A program made the translations under genes and the position numbers. Below the pieces are notes generated by a model. That model was not told the origin of the DNA and did not search any database. It saw only the letters and a list, made by a program, of their open reading frames with translations. From an uncultured Chthonomonadaceae bacterium (GTDB taxonomy: Bacteria > Armatimonadota > Chthonomonadetes > Chthonomonadales > Chthonomonadaceae), in the NCBI GenBank assembly GCA_963817895.1, contig CAWFQB010000001.1, positions 1,600,001 through 1,664,000 on the forward strand: a stretch of DNA of 64,000 bases, written 5' to 3'. This document shows, piece after piece, positions 61,201 to 64,000 of the stretch. The stretch's first letter is position 1. Each line of letters begins with the position of its first letter.

Positions 61201-61406
61201 GAACTGCCCCGCGCAGTGAGCGACTTTACCCAATCGGGGCGCAGTTTCTTGTCGGGCGGTATCAACGTCTTAAAATCCCCCGCGTCGAACGGCCCCGCCA
61301 TCGCGGGCGCGTCGGGAAACAGGGCGGCGGTTGCGAGCGTCAGGCCGGACAGGGTAATGAAATCCCGGCGCGGCAAGGTGGGCGGTTGGGTTATCTTTGG
61401 GTTCAT
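58242..61406 (-). CDS. Tat-exported GH116 (GBA2-like) glycoside hydrolase with an inserted beta-sandwich
   Basis: RRDFI, GMPIGG..G, WEG.GCC.GTCTHV..Y, DGQ.G, NTLD, NEIECSDHY.R. Confidence 0.88.
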   Translation of the reverse strand: MNPKITQPPTLPRRDFITLSGLTLATAALFPDAPAMAGPFDAGDFKTLIPPDKKLRPDWVKSLTARGSSTVYSKKRGELRHIGMPIGGLCCGTLYLGGDGKLWLWDIFNANQNGIEPRRVPFNGYGNEITVDPQNGANYVSPAPPRSPLEQGFALKVDGKIRPLDASGWDEITFVGEYPIGTVAYSDPACPIQVTLKAYSPFIPLDFDDSSLPATVCEFTLHNASDKPVKAQIGGWLENVCARASARPGDGQNDNGIHSEAGATILFSQFWHTPPTGLNKPLDITVEDFQRADWGKWTVLGTAFGAGPLLRSAVPAYQGDLGGEGKYVVNSHASAPGSDVGAKDSQTGKLISPPFTIQRDYITFYIGGGRNVEEVGMRLVVDGKTVRRAAGQDNNRMRAEAWDVREFLNKQATLEIYDTGRGAWGNIGVGSILQTNDPRRDVPLERARDWGTMALALLDGGNGHANLTPETLFDSHVPGGFARVDLGKSLIGGITRDVELAPGKSQTVTFVVAWNFPNNGLPVPDARSGNHYAKRFASARDVAAYVAKEHSRLSKATKLWHETWYDSTLPHWFLDRTFVNTSILATSTAHRFQTGRFWGWEGIGCCEGTCTHVWHYAQAPGRIFPELERFTREHVDFGVALDTHSGMINYRGEGTGPAVDGQCGRILGALREHQMSADDAFLRRIWPNVKKAMQFLIHHDANGDGLLDGAQENTLDAAWFGKIAWISSLYAAALRACETMAADMNDSEFALLCKEKCLQTQQALEAQLYNGEYFIQKPEPGRERTLGTYDTCHIDQVHGQSWAWQVGAGRILDKAKTVSALRALYKYNFAPDVGAFRRKNPAGRPYAVAGDGGLIMSTNPKELPDAFGNVKDWQYGYFNECMSGFEHQAASHMIAEGLTQEGLAVTRAIHDRYHASRRNPYNEIECSDHYSRAMASYGSYITACGFEVHGPKGHLSFAPRWQSENFRAAFTAAEGWGTFAQQKQGKTLKAEVTLRHGKLKVNTLAVQGQFSKATAKHNGKTVPATVAMQDGKAVVTLASSLVLNAGETLTVTLA

Positions 61407-61423
61407 ATTGATTATAGCCTGCT

Positions 61424-62407
61424 CTATGCGCGTGGATGGCACTTTTTGTACACGTCTTTGAGGCGGTCGTTGGTGACGCGCGTGTAGATTTCCGTGCTGG
61501 AAATGGATTTATGGCCCATCAGTTCCTGAATGGTGCGCAGATCAGCCCCGTTCGCAAGCAGATGCGTAGCGAACGAGTGGCGCAGGACGTGGGGCGTGAC
61601 GTTTTCGGTCAGTTCGGCTTTGGCGGCGTTCACTTTGAGGATTTCGCGCGCGGCCTGCCGCGCGAGTGGACCGCCCTTGCGGTTGGGAAACAGAAACGGA
61701 CTGCGGGCTTCCGCCAGAGTCGGGCCTTCGTTTTTGGGCAAACGCTGTCCCCGCTTTTTGGGCGGGGCGGGTTGGGGCGCGGCCAGTCCCTGCTCGTGCG
61801 CCTTCACTAACATTCTGCGCTGGTCCAGATACAGGGCCACATACTCACACGCCACTTTACCAACGGGAACCATGCGTTCGCGCCGCCCCTTGCCGTAGCA
61901 TTTCACGTTGTGGCCGTCCAGATCAAGGTCGTCAATGGACAGGCCGCACAATTCGGACACGCGCAGGCCGGTCGCGTACAGCAGTTCGCACATCGCCTTG
62001 TCGCGCAGGGAACGGGGATGGCCGGGGTCGGGCTGACTGAGCAGGCGCTTCATTTTGGCGACGGAAAGCGCGCGCGGCAGGGGACGCGCCTGCTTGCGCC
62101 CCCGTATCTCTGCCATAAAATCATCTCTGCGCGCGTCGTCAATTACAAGGAACTTGGAAAAACTGTGCAGCGATCCGATTTTGCGGCTCACGCTGGCATC
62201 CCGCAGCCCCCTGCCGTCCAGTTGCGCGATATACGCGAGGGCATGGGATTCCAGCAGGTCGCCGGGTTCGCGCGCCCCACGCTGCATGGCAATCAGCAGA
62301 AAATCCTCGACATCCTGCCGATACGCCCGCGACGTGTTCGGCGTGACGCCCCGTTCCGCCTCCAGATACGTCGCATAACGCCCCATAATGGTTTGAAAAT
62401 CTGCCAT
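61424..62407 (-). CDS. xerD: XerD-type tyrosine recombinase
   Basis: NT..AY..D, LYATGLRVSEL, GKG, TPHVLRHSFATHLL..GADLR.IQELMGH, TEIYT, HPRA terminus. Confidence 0.8.
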   Translation of the reverse strand: MADFQTIMGRYATYLEAERGVTPNTSRAYRQDVEDFLLIAMQRGAREPGDLLESHALAYIAQLDGRGLRDASVSRKIGSLHSFSKFLVIDDARRDDFMAEIRGRKQARPLPRALSVAKMKRLLSQPDPGHPRSLRDKAMCELLYATGLRVSELCGLSIDDLDLDGHNVKCYGKGRRERMVPVGKVACEYVALYLDQRRMLVKAHEQGLAAPQPAPPKKRGQRLPKNEGPTLAEARSPFLFPNRKGGPLARQAAREILKVNAAKAELTENVTPHVLRHSFATHLLANGADLRTIQELMGHKSISSTEIYTRVTNDRLKDVYKKCHPRA

Positions 62408-62419
62408 GTATTGCACCCC

Positions 62420-62505
62420 AGGGAGTAGGTGGTAGGGAGTAGGGAGTAGGATAATGCCTGCGCTAATGGTTTTTGCTATTCCCCACTCCCTACCACCTAC
62501 TCCCT
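62420..62505. repeat. Inverted heptamer-array element (GGGAGTA/GGTGGTA) ... (TACTCCC/TACCACC)
   Basis: The variant unit is mirrored in both arms; overlaps the upstream gene's TAG. Confidence 0.9.
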
Positions 62506-63274
62506 ACACCAGCCGTTCGCCCTTCTCCCGAATGGTTCCGCTCAGTTCGCTATCGTCCAATTGAAGAATGTCGAGCAGGGGGTTTTCGGGGCGGGCGGCT
62601 TTCCAGATGGGGTTGATGCCGTTGCCGATGGCGACAATGCGAGCGTGTTCAGGGGGCGCGACGGCCACACCTAAATGCGGAATACCGCCCGCAAACGCCA
62701 GCCAGAACCAGTACGCCTCTGTCGCGCCCTCCGCCTGCGCAACATCGCGCATGGCCTGAAGCGTTTCCTCACTCGGACGCTGTTCCGGCATACCCACGAC
62801 CGCGATAGTCTGGCTATTGAGAAGCAGTTCCTGATCGTCACCGGGCAGCAGCCGTTCCGCCACCATCTGATACTCTACGGGGGCCAAACCGTAACTGACC
62901 GGCCCGCCCGCGTTGAGCATCACGGCGCGGAAATTGCCCTGCCGCGCAAAGCGGCACAAATCTACGGCGGCAATACCGGCATACGCGAGATGCTGTATGG
63001 GCGCGAACGCGCGATACGCCTCCACATCCGTAAAGCCGCACAGCATTTTCCCGTCCCGGTGTTCCAGCACGGCGATTTGCAGATTGGCCTGCCGCGCGCC
63101 GCCCCTGCCGGGAGCGGTTTCGAGAACCGGCACGAGCAGTTGCGCGGTTTGCAGTTCCTGAAGCAGCATCACGCGGATGTCGTCGGGCGCGATAGCCCCC
63201 TGATCCAGCAGCAGGCGCAATGTGTTGTTATCGGGGGCAGTGGGAGCCAGTTTTGGCAGTTTGCGGCGATTCAT
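62504..63274 (-). CDS. SseB-like protein
   Basis: LLVPV, GFTD.E, V.LN.GG, second domain with VG.P and AY..W. Confidence 0.65.
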   Translation of the reverse strand: MNRRKLPKLAPTAPDNNTLRLLLDQGAIAPDDIRVMLLQELQTAQLLVPVLETAPGRGGARQANLQIAVLEHRDGKMLCGFTDVEAYRAFAPIQHLAYAGIAAVDLCRFARQGNFRAVMLNAGGPVSYGLAPVEYQMVAERLLPGDDQELLLNSQTIAVVGMPEQRPSEETLQAMRDVAQAEGATEAYWFWLAFAGGIPHLGVAVAPPEHARIVAIGNGINPIWKAARPENPLLDILQLDDSELSGTIREKGERLV

Positions 63275-63373
63275 GTCGTTTTTGAGTTCCTTGCGGCGTA
63301 GTATCAACAGCATACCCCAAAGAGGGGATAAGGGGTATGGGATAAGCAGAGCGGGAACAAGACGTTTCCTGAC

Positions 63374-63934
63374 TTACCGTTCAACGGACGCCGATAGCGA
63401 TGTTTGCGCTGCTTCCCGCATGGCTTCCTGTACCATTTGCGCGTACTCGGGGTCGGTTTGCAGCGAGCGGATAAACTGCTGTTTCAGGGCGGCGCGGTAC
63501 TGGGCATCCGGCTTGTACAGGCGTTTGGCGTACTGCACTTCCAGATCGAGCGTTTGCATCCCGCGATAAATGTCCGCGCCCGTCAGCAGAAAGCCGAAGC
63601 CAACCGCCGTCAGGCCGCAATAAAACAGAATGGTGGCAATGGTGAGGGAATGGCTGCCCGCGAACAGGTTCATCAGCACGAACAGCATCAGGGCGCCGGC
63701 CAGCGTCCCTACCGCCATTTCATTAAAAATATACCGCTGCCGGAACTGGTCAATCTGATCCAGTAAATTCACTCGCCGCAGCATGTCCATATCGGGGTGG
63801 TCGTCGTTGATAAGCCGGGTCGCGCTCCGAACCCGGTCGGACAGGCTGGCATTGCGCGTGGTCAGCATCACGAGCAGGGACGCGCTGCCCAGCATCAGGG
63901 GCGTGAACACACTGGAAAAGAAGGCTTGTTCCAT
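63374..63934 (-). CDS. DUF2721-like membrane protein
   Basis: TP.ML....L.......R...L.DRVR; three TM helices. Confidence 0.65.
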   Translation of the reverse strand: MEQAFFSSVFTPLMLGSASLLVMLTTRNASLSDRVRSATRLINDDHPDMDMLRRVNLLDQIDQFRQRYIFNEMAVGTLAGALMLFVLMNLFAGSHSLTIATILFYCGLTAVGFGFLLTGADIYRGMQTLDLEVQYAKRLYKPDAQYRAALKQQFIRSLQTDPEYAQMVQEAMREAAQTSLSASVER

Positions 63935-64000
63935 GCTTGCTCCCGTAAGGGGACTACGCGAGGGTGATTTCGCCCTTCTGGAAGTCGAGCGTGAGAATGT

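Noticed and set aside
61424..62407. Tyrosine recombinase as a phage or integron integrase
   Set aside because: Xer-type motifs and HPRA terminus, host-like context, and no att, attC or dif site recognised nearby.
63954..64000. 3' end of a minus-strand gene at the window edge (ILTLDFQKGEITLA*), and a possible gene end at 1-125
   Set aside because: Too short to assign.

Overview
Bacterial chromosomal window, moderately GC-rich with several lower-GC patches. Gene content (a PEP-CTERM protein, a DUF1559-type prepilin protein, GCGGG lipoproteins, a Tat-exported GH116) suggests Armatimonadota or a similar lineage; this is an inference. Core genes are trpD, trpC, trpF, gltX, rimO, xerD-type recombinase, an HtrA protease, an ABC-F ATPase, a sugar ABC transporter, PnuC, a DprE1/DprE2-like pair and an M29 aminopeptidase. 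These are interleaved with conflict modules: a low-GC two-gene operon (Zn-ribbon/wHTH plus HEPN-like/wHTH, a candidate defence system), an IS-interrupted HEPN toxin-antitoxin (TA) pair, an orphan DUF2281, YhcG, VapBC, DUF433/PIN, an HNH fragment and a Tlde1-like/YwqG pair. There are two complete IS elements with terminal inverted repeats (TIRs) and target-site duplications (TSDs). The most striking non-coding feature is a set of more than a dozen short hairpin-like elements whose inverted arms are tandem 7-9-nt repeats of many unrelated motifs. They usually abut a stop codon, and the same motifs are embedded in-frame in at least four proteins. About ten genes have single-base frameshifts that look like consensus sequencing errors. 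No rRNA, tRNA or CRISPR array was seen. All family names come from motif recognition, not database searches.
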